Virus record (IMG/VR): IMGVR_UViG_3300035703_000022
Location: 74,530 to 138,529 of that record
DNA: 64,000 nt
Origin: a virus
Reading direction: 5' to 3' (one strand)
The notes under the pieces are model-generated. The model searched no databases, had not been told where the DNA came from, and was given only the letters and a program-made list of their open reading frames with translations. A program made the translations under genes and the position numbers. This document shows positions 15,095 to 23,775 of the stretch, piece by piece. Within the stretch, counting starts at the first letter, position 1; the number at the start of each line of letters is the position of its first letter.

Positions 15095-15123
15095 ATTATA
15101 AGTTTTTATTTAGGTTTTGTCAA
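15095..15123 (-). promoter_or_regulatory. consensus sigma70 promoter with embedded late-like CTAAATA
   Basis: TTGACA-AAACCTAAATAAAAACT-TATAAT. Confidence 0.75.
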
Positions 15124-15264
15124 TTATTCGGTCAACATGGCTTCACGAAACTCCTCATAAACCGCACAGGCATTAAGATAATCACCCATCTCTGCGAGAT
15201 AATGAAGGCGATCAATAATACTATCTTTGAGGTTTTCAGCTTGATCAATCATTTGATGTTCCAT
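15124..15264 (-). CDS. small hypothetical protein (46 aa)
   Basis: Manual translation MEHQMIDQAENLKDSIIDRLHYLAEMGDYLNACAVYEEFREAMLTE; GGAAGGA SD-like site upstream. Confidence 0.55.
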   Translation of the reverse strand: MEHQMIDQAENLKDSIIDRLHYLAEMGDYLNACAVYEEFREAMLTE

Positions 15265-15393
15265 GAAAGTAATCCTTCCTGTAGTGACGACCGAGTACTT
15301 TTTTATTCTAGTATCTGGGTTTCAAAATGTCAAGTGTTACATTTTAAAACCAACATTCATAAATAACTGTGGTCATTAAATACCAAAAGAACA

Positions 15394-15855
15394 ATGAAAA
15401 GATTACTTCTAATCTCTTCGTTATTCTTTATCACTCCTGTAAGTGCTGCTGAAATTACATCAAGAATTACTGATTCTGTTCAATTGGGTGTACAGGGCGC
15501 AGCGGTCCAATCAACAAGAATTGGGGCATCATATTCTGCCTCAGGAACAAATATTCAAGCAACATCATTTGGCGGTGTAAATGGTGCTGGAACTTATGAT
15601 ATCAATACAGCAGGTCAAGCATTTACTTTCTCAGAAAGTTTCAATGCTGCTGATACACCAGTCACCACTCAGTCGGTCAGTGGTGGAGTTATTGCTTCTC
15701 CCAACCTTTATGGGGATAGTGTTACTCAGTTAGCAGGAGACAAAGGTTCTCTCGCTGGTACATTATCACCTACTGGTGTTCCTACCGTAACTGCTGGTGG
15801 TCCTGGTACTACAGCAACTGCACAACGTAGCATTGAGTTGAGCGTATTCAAATGA
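15394..15855 (+). CDS. exported hypothetical protein
   Basis: Signal peptide MKRLLLISSLFFITPVSA; Ser/Thr/Gly-rich; ends in F-K. Confidence 0.8.
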   Translation: MKRLLLISSLFFITPVSAAEITSRITDSVQLGVQGAAVQSTRIGASYSASGTNIQATSFGGVNGAGTYDINTAGQAFTFSESFNAADTPVTTQSVSGGVIASPNLYGDSVTQLAGDKGSLAGTLSPTGVPTVTAGGPGTTATAQRSIELSVFK

Positions 15856-16211
15856 GACATATCCTAGCAGGGTTATTCCTGCTAGGGTTTTCTTGTCCTG
15901 CCCTAGCAGAAAGTGTTGTACCCAATTTTACAAGGGGTACAATCAATGCGACTACAGAATCTGTCACAAAAGTGATAGAAACAATTCGCCAAGTTGAATA
16001 CACAACTGGCACATCTTATACTGTATCTGGAACTAATATCAACATTCCTGGAAGACCAACTCAGGATTCAAATTATAGTATCATGACTCAGGGTGCTCCA
16101 TTCCAGTTCAGTGAAACCTATCTTGGCCCTGGAGTGGCAAAAGAAACATGGATAGATCGCACTACAGAAACTCAATCAACCACTACATCAATCTCTGTCT
16201 TTACGCAGTGA
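15852..16211 (+). CDS. exported hypothetical protein
   Basis: Signal peptide ending ALA; ATGA coupling. Confidence 0.8.
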   Translation: MRHILAGLFLLGFSCPALAESVVPNFTRGTINATTESVTKVIETIRQVEYTTGTSYTVSGTNINIPGRPTQDSNYSIMTQGAPFQFSETYLGPGVAKETWIDRTTETQSTTTSISVFTQ

Positions 16212-16738
16212 TTAGTTGTGGAACATTACCAGTTCTCGCGCAAAGTACTCCCGCTCCTTCTAATACTAACATTGCTGGTCCTAGCGCCTCTGCCACTGGC
16301 AATGTTACTAATCAAGCAGTACAAGTACTACAAGGACCATATGCAGTCAACACATATGGTGGAGGAGTTAGTTGTCAAGGAGCAACATTCAGTGTCTCCC
16401 CATTTTTAATGAACAGTGGAAATAACAGTGATGACCCAGAAACATTCGCTTCACGAAATGGCAGTTGGGGCATCTCTGCTGGTTTGAATATTCCGTTAGA
16501 TGGAAGTTTAATGAACTTGTGTAGAAAAAGAGCAGAAACTGAAATTGCTAGACAGCAAGCAGAAACTGATAAGGCAAGATTAGATTTTGAACTCGTAAGA
16601 TTATTAAAATGTGGTGAAGCATATAAGAATGGAGTAATGTTCCATCCAGAAAGTCCTTACTATAAGATCTGTGCAGATATTGTTGTGAAATACCCAAAGG
16701 TTGAGGACGTGGTAAATGGAACCAATAAAACCAATTGA
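16148..16738 (+). CDS. exported Cys-containing hypothetical protein
   Basis: Long ORF in the operon; start uncertain (ATG 16148 or GTG 16208). Confidence 0.75.
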   Translation: MDRSHYRNSINHYINLCLYAVISCGTLPVLAQSTPAPSNTNIAGPSASATGNVTNQAVQVLQGPYAVNTYGGGVSCQGATFSVSPFLMNSGNNSDDPETFASRNGSWGISAGLNIPLDGSLMNLCRKRAETEIARQQAETDKARLDFELVRLLKCGEAYKNGVMFHPESPYYKICADIVVKYPKVEDVVNGTNKTN

Positions 16739-17582
16739 TACTTCTAGTTTAAGACCTATAATCGGAAATAATCCGATTAACGTTCCAAATTCAAACATCA
16801 ATAAAATTGCTGGTCCTTCTGTAATTTCCACCATAGAGAAACCAGCAATTCGTGATGTTGATGCACCAGTAGTTCGTGGATTAGAAGTTCCTATTGTCGA
16901 TGTACCAAATACAGGAATACCATATCCAGTCATTAATGTTCCAACTCAAGCAGAGTTTGATGCTGCAGTAAAAGCAGAAAGAGAAAAGCAAGCAGCAGAA
17001 CAGCAAGAAAAAACAAGAGGATTACCAGATACTACCCCTCCACCTCAACTGCCTCAGGTTGCTCAAACCCCTCCCATTCCTGAGGTAAAAACAGAGATCC
17101 CTGCAGACAAACCCAGCATAACGATAGCAGGATTAAATATAGATCTACCAGATCCATCTCTGGTAGCGACAGCAGGTTCTGTGGCAGTTGTTACTACTGC
17201 TGCGACAATGGTGGCTACAACGGCATTCAATACTCTCAAGAACGCTGCCGAACCACTCATCAAAGAAGCAACCAAAAAGAAATTTAAACTCAAGATCAAA
17301 CAAGTCAAACCCGTGTTACACTATGTACTAGCGGAAGGAGGGCATATCGATGTATTTGAATACTCAGCTGAAGGCACAAGACTAGTAGAACAAGTCGATA
17401 ACGTAGAACAATATATTCGAGATCAAGTTGAAATAAACTCTCTCTATGAGATTGATAATAAAATAATTATTGATGATGTTATTGCGGACAAATTTACAAA
17501 AGAGGGGCAAAAGAGATTCAAACCTCTATTTGCCCCTGCTAAAAAGATTGCGAAGAAATTATCTGCTAAGTTCTCAATCTGA
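16716..17582 (+). CDS. Pro-rich membrane-anchored hypothetical protein
   Basis: Pro-rich N-terminal half followed by a hydrophobic Ala/Thr/Val segment. Confidence 0.75.
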   Translation: MEPIKPIDTSSLRPIIGNNPINVPNSNINKIAGPSVISTIEKPAIRDVDAPVVRGLEVPIVDVPNTGIPYPVINVPTQAEFDAAVKAEREKQAAEQQEKTRGLPDTTPPPQLPQVAQTPPIPEVKTEIPADKPSITIAGLNIDLPDPSLVATAGSVAVVTTAATMVATTAFNTLKNAAEPLIKEATKKKFKLKIKQVKPVLHYVLAEGGHIDVFEYSAEGTRLVEQVDNVEQYIRDQVEINSLYEIDNKIIIDDVIADKFTKEGQKRFKPLFAPAKKIAKKLSAKFSI

Positions 17583-17705
17583 AAATTTATCTACAATCCA
17601 AGAGATTACCAAAACTGGAATATAAACCACAATATTATAGAGAATGTCTACAAAGATGTTATCTTTCTCTTCTTTACGTTTGTCCTTTGATGGTACTGTT
17701 GTCAT
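17574..17705 (-). CDS. micro single-TM protein (43 aa)
   Basis: MTTVPSKDKRKEEKDNIFVDILYNIVVYIPVLVISWIVDKFSD; AAGGTG SD-like site. Confidence 0.45.
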   Translation of the reverse strand: MTTVPSKDKRKEEKDNIFVDILYNIVVYIPVLVISWIVDKFSD

Positions 17706-17805
17706 TTTGTAACACCTTAAACAAATTTTTACTATTTAACAAAATAAAATAATATTGTAAATATTTTTTAAGTTTTTGTATCGATCTCCTGATATAATCA
17801 ATCCA

Positions 17806-18552
17806 TCAATACTTACCTTCGGTGCAGTACTGAAGTTTCTTATTTGGATAATAAGGGTACAAACCATCTTGTGGTTTCATCCATCCACAACCAATCAACC
17901 ACTCTTTAGTCATTGGCGTTGGTATAACTTGTTCCCACAATGGACCTTGTGCTGCCATTTCAAGATACCTAGCAGTCTGGTTAAGTTGCTCTTCTGCCCA
18001 GTTGGCATCTGCTTCCCAAGGAATAGCACGACTCTGCATCATTGACTCATAGGTTAATCTTGTATTTTTCATTAACCAATCTGGAATTTCACTGTCCTGA
18101 TGAACTTGTGCCATAAATGCAGTATTTAATCCACCACCCATAGCATCTTGAACAACATGCCAACCTTCGTGTCTTAGAGTGCCAAGAAACTCTCTTTCAT
18201 CTTTTAATAGAGTTTCATTGATAAAGAAACGATTATAATTTGGTTTATAAAGTCCTACTGTTCTTGGAGTAAAATATCTTTCTGGAGCAACATAAACAGG
18301 GACTTCAAGTTTATTAAGAACAGTTATAATTCTAACTATTTCTTCTCGGAAAGGATCAAAGTCTGGATCTTTTAAGAATTCTGTTTCTGCTGATAATTTT
18401 TCTACACCTTCAGTACATTCTAAAAGTATCATGCAACCCATTGCCTCTGCACTATAAGGTCTTACTGTAGGTTGTTTTGGTTCAAGTGAATTTGCTAATA
18501 CCGGAAATGTTAAAGTTAAAGATAATCCGATTGTTGCAATGAATTTTTTCAT
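17806..18552 (-). CDS. exported zincin-like protein (HExxH)
   Basis: Signal peptide; LRHEGWHVVQ with a downstream EADA glutamate. Confidence 0.7.
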   Translation of the reverse strand: MKKFIATIGLSLTLTFPVLANSLEPKQPTVRPYSAEAMGCMILLECTEGVEKLSAETEFLKDPDFDPFREEIVRIITVLNKLEVPVYVAPERYFTPRTVGLYKPNYNRFFINETLLKDEREFLGTLRHEGWHVVQDAMGGGLNTAFMAQVHQDSEIPDWLMKNTRLTYESMMQSRAIPWEADANWAEEQLNQTARYLEMAAQGPLWEQVIPTPMTKEWLIGCGWMKPQDGLYPYYPNKKLQYCTEGKY

Positions 18553-18749
18553 TCATCCCACCATCCTTCTTGTTTATGAATCCAGACTTTCAAATCTTTT
18601 ACATATTTTCTCAAGATCTGGGCCTGTTCTTCATGCCAAAAATCACCCGTCTCCATAAAAAGACGGGTGTGATTGTCTATTGCTTGTAGTATTTTATGGA
18701 TCGGTCCATTCCAACACTCCCTCTTTGGAGTGTTCCATTCTCTTGGCAT
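18549..18749 (-). CDS. hypothetical protein
   Basis: 66-aa ORF with ATGA coupling. Confidence 0.65.
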   Translation of the reverse strand: MPREWNTPKRECWNGPIHKILQAIDNHTRLFMETGDFWHEEQAQILRKYVKDLKVWIHKQEGWWDE

Positions 18750-18850
18750 TTGTATTCAACTGTATAAAGTTGTCCGTTGTGGATATAATCAACTTGACAT
18801 AAATTAGGTCCAATCATAACATTACCAGCTATTAAAATTTCTAGTAACAT
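18677..18850 (-). CDS. small hypothetical protein (57 aa)
   Basis: MLLEILIAGNVMIGPNLCQVDY...; GGAGG SD and TAATG coupling. Confidence 0.45.
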   Translation of the reverse strand: MLLEILIAGNVMIGPNLCQVDYIHNGQLYTVEYKCQENGTLQRGSVGMDRSIKYYKQ

Positions 18851-18957
18851 TATTTCTTTTTACCTCCATTCTTTGCCTTTTTGGCAGTAGCGTTACCTTG
18901 ATTTTGTTTTTTATTTCCAGAAGAACCTTTTTTACCTTTGTTAGCAGACTTTGACAT
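18850..18957 (-). CDS. Lys-rich basic peptide (35 aa)
   Basis: MSKSANKGKKGSSGNKKQNQGNATAKKAKNGGKKK; TGATG coupling with AGGAG SD. Confidence 0.55.
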   Translation of the reverse strand: MSKSANKGKKGSSGNKKQNQGNATAKKAKNGGKKK

Positions 18958-19379
18958 CAGAGGTCTCCTCTTTGGAATGGTTTTTCTTCATCAACTTTCG
19001 CTTCAAGAGCTTCCACTCTTTCCTCAAGTGAGGTATCACCATATCCAGTATCAACTAAAGGCAATTCTTCAGTTGCTTCCTGAGCTGGTTCTTCCCAAAG
19101 TGGCATTCTTTCTGTAGTTGGAGGTTCTGGAGGTGATTCTACAAACTCTTCTCTCTTTGGTTCTGATTTTTTATCATCATCATCATCACCTTTCTTCATG
19201 GTATTAATACCAAAAGTGGCAGCAGACGCGGTAAAAACCGTCGCAATGAATGTTGGGTCCATCTTAGATAACATACCAGCATAACTTGCAGTAAGTAGTG
19301 CAGCAGCCCAACCAAGAATAGCAACACGGATCACAGTGTTCATACATGCCTCTCTTTTTTTAGTCTTGTTGTTGTCCAT
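18957..19379 (-). CDS. two-TM membrane protein with acidic tail (holin candidate)
   Basis: Two hydrophobic helices; directly downstream of the lysozyme. Confidence 0.55.
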   Translation of the reverse strand: MDNNKTKKREACMNTVIRVAILGWAAALLTASYAGMLSKMDPTFIATVFTASAATFGINTMKKGDDDDDKKSEPKREEFVESPPEPPTTERMPLWEEPAQEATEELPLVDTGYGDTSLEERVEALEAKVDEEKPFQRGDL

Positions 19380-19400
19380 TGTAGGTTTTAGTGAGTAAGG

Positions 19401-19946
19401 TTAACCTTTTTTCCAAGCTTCACCTTCTGCTTTTCTCCTACGTGCAAGTCCTGCTTCTACATTTGAACCAGGATTTCTATAGAGATAAAGCGCATCGGGA
19501 ACTAGATCCCACTCTTTATTCTTCAGGCGTTTAGTAATAGTATTAAAGTTATCGCCACCGTAAAAACCGGCACCAAGATTATAAGCAAAGCTGAGCAAAG
19601 CGCCTCTTTTTCCATCTGACATTTCATTCCAGTGTGGGATCTTACGAAGTGCAGGAAGGAATTGATTCTTGCACTGACTGATTAACAGTTCATCCGCTTC
19701 TTGCTGGGTGATATTATCACCCATTTGAAATGGTTGGCCATTCTTATTTCTAGTAGAACCCCAACCAATTGTGATTGGCAGACCACCAGTTAAAGGATCA
19801 GGATATGCCGATAAATGACATCCTTCAAATTCCTTGATTAACTTAATGCCCATCATTGGGACATCATCACTACCACTTGCGACAGCAGGAGCAGAAGCAC
19901 CACTGCCGCTATTTACTTTCCCAAAGATTTGCCACAGTGAGGGCAT
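19401..19946 (-). CDS. GH24 lysozyme (endolysin) domain, probably expressed by -1 frameshift from 19913-20143
   Basis: IKEFEGCHLSAYPDPLTG...TIGWGST...SFAYNLG...GLARRRKAE. Confidence 0.9.
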   Translation of the reverse strand: MPSLWQIFGKVNSGSGASAPAVASGSDDVPMMGIKLIKEFEGCHLSAYPDPLTGGLPITIGWGSTRNKNGQPFQMGDNITQQEADELLISQCKNQFLPALRKIPHWNEMSDGKRGALLSFAYNLGAGFYGGDNFNTITKRLKNKEWDLVPDALYLYRNPGSNVEAGLARRRKAEGEAWKKG

Positions 19947-20143
19947 ACATCACCGGAAGGTGCCGCAGAAGGACTAGATGAACCAGAAGAAGACTTCTTA
20001 CCTCTGTAAATTTCAGCCCATTCAGCACTATCATTAAGTACATCATTTGGAAAATTATCTTCCATCCATTGTACTGCTTTCACATGATTTGGATTTCTAT
20101 CGTCGTAGAACTTAAAAAAGTTGTGTAGATCTACTCTTGCCAT
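19913..20143 (-). CDS. 76-aa DLHNFFK-domain protein, N-terminal partner of the lysozyme
   Basis: GGAG SD before ATG 20143; homologous to the N-terminus of the neighbouring C39 protein; ends G GGA AAG TAA. Confidence 0.75.
   Translation of the reverse strand: MARVDLHNFFKFYDDRNPNHVKAVQWMEDNFPNDVLNDSAEWAEIYRGKKSSSGSSSPSAAPSGDVCPHCGKSLGK
19916..19922 (-). promoter_or_regulatory. putative -1 ribosomal frameshift slippery site GGGAAAG
   Basis: X XXY YYZ heptamer in frame before the stop; stem-loop 6 nt downstream; the -1 frame is the lysozyme. Confidence 0.7.
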
Positions 20144-20157
20144 TTGTTGTTCTCCTA

Positions 20158-20829
20158 TCAATCGAAAATACGACCCCAACCATCGTTACCGCCTGGGTTC
20201 CAACGATGCTTAAGAACTGCTTTGGTGTAAATGGTCTTCTTACCATTCGTAACTGGACCACTATAGTTATCGTTTAGAGAACCATATGGGTCATTAACAT
20301 AGTATCCTTTGCCATCTGGTGTCTTACCAATCACTACACACATGTGACCACCAGTAGGATTAGATAAAGAGCCGCGATGTAGGATGCCGATAACGACAGG
20401 TTTCCCAGCATCAAGACTCTTATCAATGTCAGCAAAAGAAAGATTGTAACTAAAGTGTGACTTAACACCATAACCTGCCAGAACTTTCGTCTGTACGGCA
20501 TGATCAGTTGTATCACCGATTGCAAATACTTTCTTAACATACTCATCATCGCCTTTAATGCTTCCTGGTTTAAGGAATGCAAGACACATAGCACATGAAG
20601 AACTGTTACAAGTTCTATGTGCATCTCTGTAATTATCTACTTGATTGAAGTATGGAACATCTAAAACTGCTGGTACAGGAGGAGCAGTTCTAAAAATACT
20701 TACCCAATCAGATTGAGAATCATCTAAAAATTTTTCTGGAAGATTATCTTCTAGCCACTGTACTGCCGCTACATGATTGGCATTTTTATCATCATAATAC
20801 TTAAAAAAGTTATGAAGATCTAGTGTCAT
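20158..20829 (-). CDS. peptidase C39-like protein with N-terminal DLHNFFK domain
   Basis: LDVPYFNQ...CNSSSCAM...GGHMCVVIG...VNDPYG (Q, C, H, D residues). Confidence 0.85.
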   Translation of the reverse strand: MTLDLHNFFKYYDDKNANHVAAVQWLEDNLPEKFLDDSQSDWVSIFRTAPPVPAVLDVPYFNQVDNYRDAHRTCNSSSCAMCLAFLKPGSIKGDDEYVKKVFAIGDTTDHAVQTKVLAGYGVKSHFSYNLSFADIDKSLDAGKPVVIGILHRGSLSNPTGGHMCVVIGKTPDGKGYYVNDPYGSLNDNYSGPVTNGKKTIYTKAVLKHRWNPGGNDGWGRIFD

Positions 20830-20878
20830 CTTCTTCTCCTATAAAGTTTGAAAAAATATAATATTTTCAATCACTATT

Positions 20879-21307
20879 TTAATTAAAATTGCCATAATCT
20901 GCTCTCATATATCGTCCTAAAATATTACTATTGTAGTATAATGGGATTCCATCTCCAAGAGATTCTTTCAATACATTATTTAGAAAAAGTTGTCTAGTTT
21001 CTTCATAATTACAGCTCATTTTTGTATCATGAAGACTCAAAATAACTCTATTAAAAATTTCTTTTCCAAATTTCTTTACATCATCTTTCAATTCAAAACA
21101 GGAACCGTAATATTTTTTCCAATCAGATTCTTGCTTTACTTTTCTTTTCTTACCCGGTGGTTTTCTATAAGACCAAAAATACTTTCTACCAATATACTTT
21201 CTACCGTTGGACTGATTGGTAATAAGATAAACAAACCCAAAGTTGTTTTCTATATTATCAGAATCAAAAATTTGGCCATTAAATGTCCAAGGGTTCTCAT
21301 AACTCAT
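20879..21307 (-). CDS. GIY-YIG family endonuclease
   Basis: GFVYLITN...YIGRK, YYGS and YYNSNI motifs. Confidence 0.8.
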   Translation of the reverse strand: MSYENPWTFNGQIFDSDNIENNFGFVYLITNQSNGRKYIGRKYFWSYRKPPGKKRKVKQESDWKKYYGSCFELKDDVKKFGKEIFNRVILSLHDTKMSCNYEETRQLFLNNVLKESLGDGIPLYYNSNILGRYMRADYGNFN

Positions 21308-21372
21308 AAAGCCTTTAGAATCACTAAGCCTTATTTATCCTTTGAACCCGGACAGAGTTATTTTATTATAAG

Positions 21373-22134
21373 TCAAGAGGCTATGTCAAGTATTTTTTGT
21401 TCATCTATAAAATTAATTAAAGTTTCTGCCCAAAATTTATGAAAAGGTTCTGGTAGATGCTTTGACCATCTAGGATCTTTTATGATATTTCTCCAATCTT
21501 CATGATGACTGGCAACCCCCCAATAAGAATATGAAGAATATACATCATTTGATTTTGATTGATCATATAGATTAGTTTTAGTACTATGATGACCAAAAAA
21601 GTTTTTCTTATGAATTAGATTCCAATTTCCAAGATACCAATAACTACTTGCGTGAAATACGTATGGTATGTTATACTGATCACATATAGTTTGTATAATA
21701 AAAATTTGAGATAAGGCTTTATAATTCAAAAAATCATCGGTATTCGATTTTATATAATCTTCATATGGTCTAATGAAATCAGTATCAACCAATAATTGTT
21801 TTTCAGTATGTTCATTTTGAAATAATATGGAAGGACAACAGTGATAAATTTTTTCCGGTAACTTAATATAAGTTCTAGCAGGATCACAAAAATTACAAAG
21901 AACAAATACATTCTGATTTTTTATTATTGCATGTTGAATTCTTATCATAAACTGACGAATTATCCAATCATTACTGCCACCAGAGACAGCAAAATTTTCA
22001 TAATCAAATCCATAATGTTTGGCAATATATGCGGGATAAGCTTTATCAAAAGATTTTGGTGAATATTGCTCCTCTATTTCTGCACCTGCAGTATGACTAT
22101 CTCCAAAAGCAAGTAATATCCTTTTCATGTCCAT
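21373..22134 (-). CDS. SGNH/GDSL-like protein
   Basis: AFGDSHTAG block I, NFAVSGGSN block II and C-terminal HLPEPFH. Confidence 0.65.
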   Translation of the reverse strand: MDMKRILLAFGDSHTAGAEIEEQYSPKSFDKAYPAYIAKHYGFDYENFAVSGGSNDWIIRQFMIRIQHAIIKNQNVFVLCNFCDPARTYIKLPEKIYHCCPSILFQNEHTEKQLLVDTDFIRPYEDYIKSNTDDFLNYKALSQIFIIQTICDQYNIPYVFHASSYWYLGNWNLIHKKNFFGHHSTKTNLYDQSKSNDVYSSYSYWGVASHHEDWRNIIKDPRWSKHLPEPFHKFWAETLINFIDEQKILDIAS

Positions 22135-23594
22135 ATCTTAATTTGATGAATTTCTTCCCATGTATATACCTGATTTATATCATTAATAATGGGTTCTCCC
22201 TTTATATTTAAACTAGTATTCAGAATCATAGGACATCCAGTTTTTTCATACCATATTTCCAAAAGTTCTCTAAACTGTGGATTATTTTTCTTTGATAATG
22301 TTTGAACTCGACTTGTATTGTCAAGGTGAACTATCGCTGGATATAAATCTGGCCTTTTACATTTAGCAGTAAATTGCATATATGGAGTTTTGTTAGTAGG
22401 CATTTCAAAATATTGATTAGCCATCTCCTCCAAAATTACAGGAGCAAATGGTCTAAATGATTCTCTTTTTTTAATTGAATTTACCAAATTCTTAATATCA
22501 TCTCCTCTCGGATCTGCTATTAAACTTCTATTACCTAAAGATCTTGGACCAAACTCTGCACGACCTCTAGCTATTCCACATATTTTGTTTTCTATGAGAT
22601 GATTAACTATTTCATGGTTAGATGATTTGTAACCCAAATCAAATCCCAAATAGGGTCCAGACCACTCTATATGTTTTTTACTATGTGATAACACCGATCC
22701 AATAGAACTACCATCATCTCCTGGTGCAGGCATAATCCATACGTTATCAAAATATTTGTAACAAATAGAATTAGCCACACAATTTAAAGCGCATCCCCCC
22801 ATCAACACTAAATTTTTATTTCTAGATATTGATAGTGATTTGATTAGAACTCTTTCAAATAAAAATTCATATACGCTTTGAGTAGCTGCAGCAATATCAA
22901 AAATATCTCTTTGAGAATTAAGATCCGGTCTCCACCATCGACATCCTCTGTGGAGATTATATTTAATTTTAAAAGGGTCTTCTTCTGAGAGATCTATAAA
23001 GTCTTCGAGGATGTCTGAAAATAGTCTAGAAGGGTCTCCAAAGGCGGACATGCCCATAAGGATGTATTCCTCTTCATTAGGCTTTAATCCACATCTCTGG
23101 GTCATTGCGGAGTACCATAGACCCAAACTGGAGGGATATAAGTGCGAATATAGTTTTTTAAGTTCTTTTCCCTTTCCCTCCCATATGGTAAAAGTATCAA
23201 ACTCACCGATAGCATCCAATACAATTACCGTAGCGTCAGTAAATGGACTGGTATAATATCCAGCAGCAGCATGACTGCGATGATGATTTGAGTATTTAAT
23301 AGGAACTTTCAGTGAAGTTTTATCAAAAATATATTTTGGTATATTATTTTCATTTAAACAATATCCTTGTCCAGAAAATATTTGTCTTAATGTTTTTAAT
23401 CTAGGACTTTCATACCAATAAATCTGATTTGGTTCACCAAAACTTAATGCATAATCAACCAAACACCTGTTGATATGTGGATCATTTTTTATTTTACTAA
23501 ATCTCTCACTAGAACTAGCAAAGACCAAACAGTCATCTTGAAAGATACTTAAAGCAGCGTTATGACTATTTGATGATATTCCCCATTTAATCAC
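22125..23594 (-). CDS. carbamoyltransferase (NodU/CmcH/TobZ family)
   Basis: HHRSHAA, LDAIGE, GGCALNC, AEFGPRSLGNRS, KKRESFRPFAP and LNTSLN. Confidence 0.93.
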   Translation of the reverse strand: MIKWGISSNSHNAALSIFQDDCLVFASSSERFSKIKNDPHINRCLVDYALSFGEPNQIYWYESPRLKTLRQIFSGQGYCLNENNIPKYIFDKTSLKVPIKYSNHHRSHAAAGYYTSPFTDATVIVLDAIGEFDTFTIWEGKGKELKKLYSHLYPSSLGLWYSAMTQRCGLKPNEEEYILMGMSAFGDPSRLFSDILEDFIDLSEEDPFKIKYNLHRGCRWWRPDLNSQRDIFDIAAATQSVYEFLFERVLIKSLSISRNKNLVLMGGCALNCVANSICYKYFDNVWIMPAPGDDGSSIGSVLSHSKKHIEWSGPYLGFDLGYKSSNHEIVNHLIENKICGIARGRAEFGPRSLGNRSLIADPRGDDIKNLVNSIKKRESFRPFAPVILEEMANQYFEMPTNKTPYMQFTAKCKRPDLYPAIVHLDNTSRVQTLSKKNNPQFRELLEIWYEKTGCPMILNTSLNIKGEPIINDINQVYTWEEIHQIKIWT

Positions 23595-23695
23595 TTGTAT
23601 ATAAAAGGATCACGTTTTTGTAAATTTTTTAATCTCTTTTTAAAATTTATTTCTTTTTTCCAATTAGAAATAAGATTCCAAAGTTTCTTAATCAT
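23591..23695 (-). CDS. 34-aa DPFIYK peptide 1
   Basis: MIKKLWNLISNWKKEINFKKRLKNLQKRDPFIYK; its TGA overlaps the GTG start of the carbamoyltransferase; paralogue at 31830-31934. Confidence 0.75.
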   Translation of the reverse strand: MIKKLWNLISNWKKEINFKKRLKNLQKRDPFIYK

Positions 23696-23729
23696 TGAAA
23701 ATTTATATCACTAAAATTTATTTAGATAC

Positions 23730-23753
23730 AAAAAAGGAGGTCGGTTGACCTCC
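23730..23753 (-). terminator. intrinsic terminator
   Basis: Minus strand GGAGGTC-AACC-GACCTCC-TTTTTT. Confidence 0.8.
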
Positions 23754-23775
23754 AGGAGTCATATTTTAATTGTTC

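Noticed and set aside
20879-21307. Intron-encoded mobile homing endonuclease
   Set aside because: Short free-standing GIY-YIG domain with no intron or extra DNA-binding domains; resembles the conserved T4-like nuclease.
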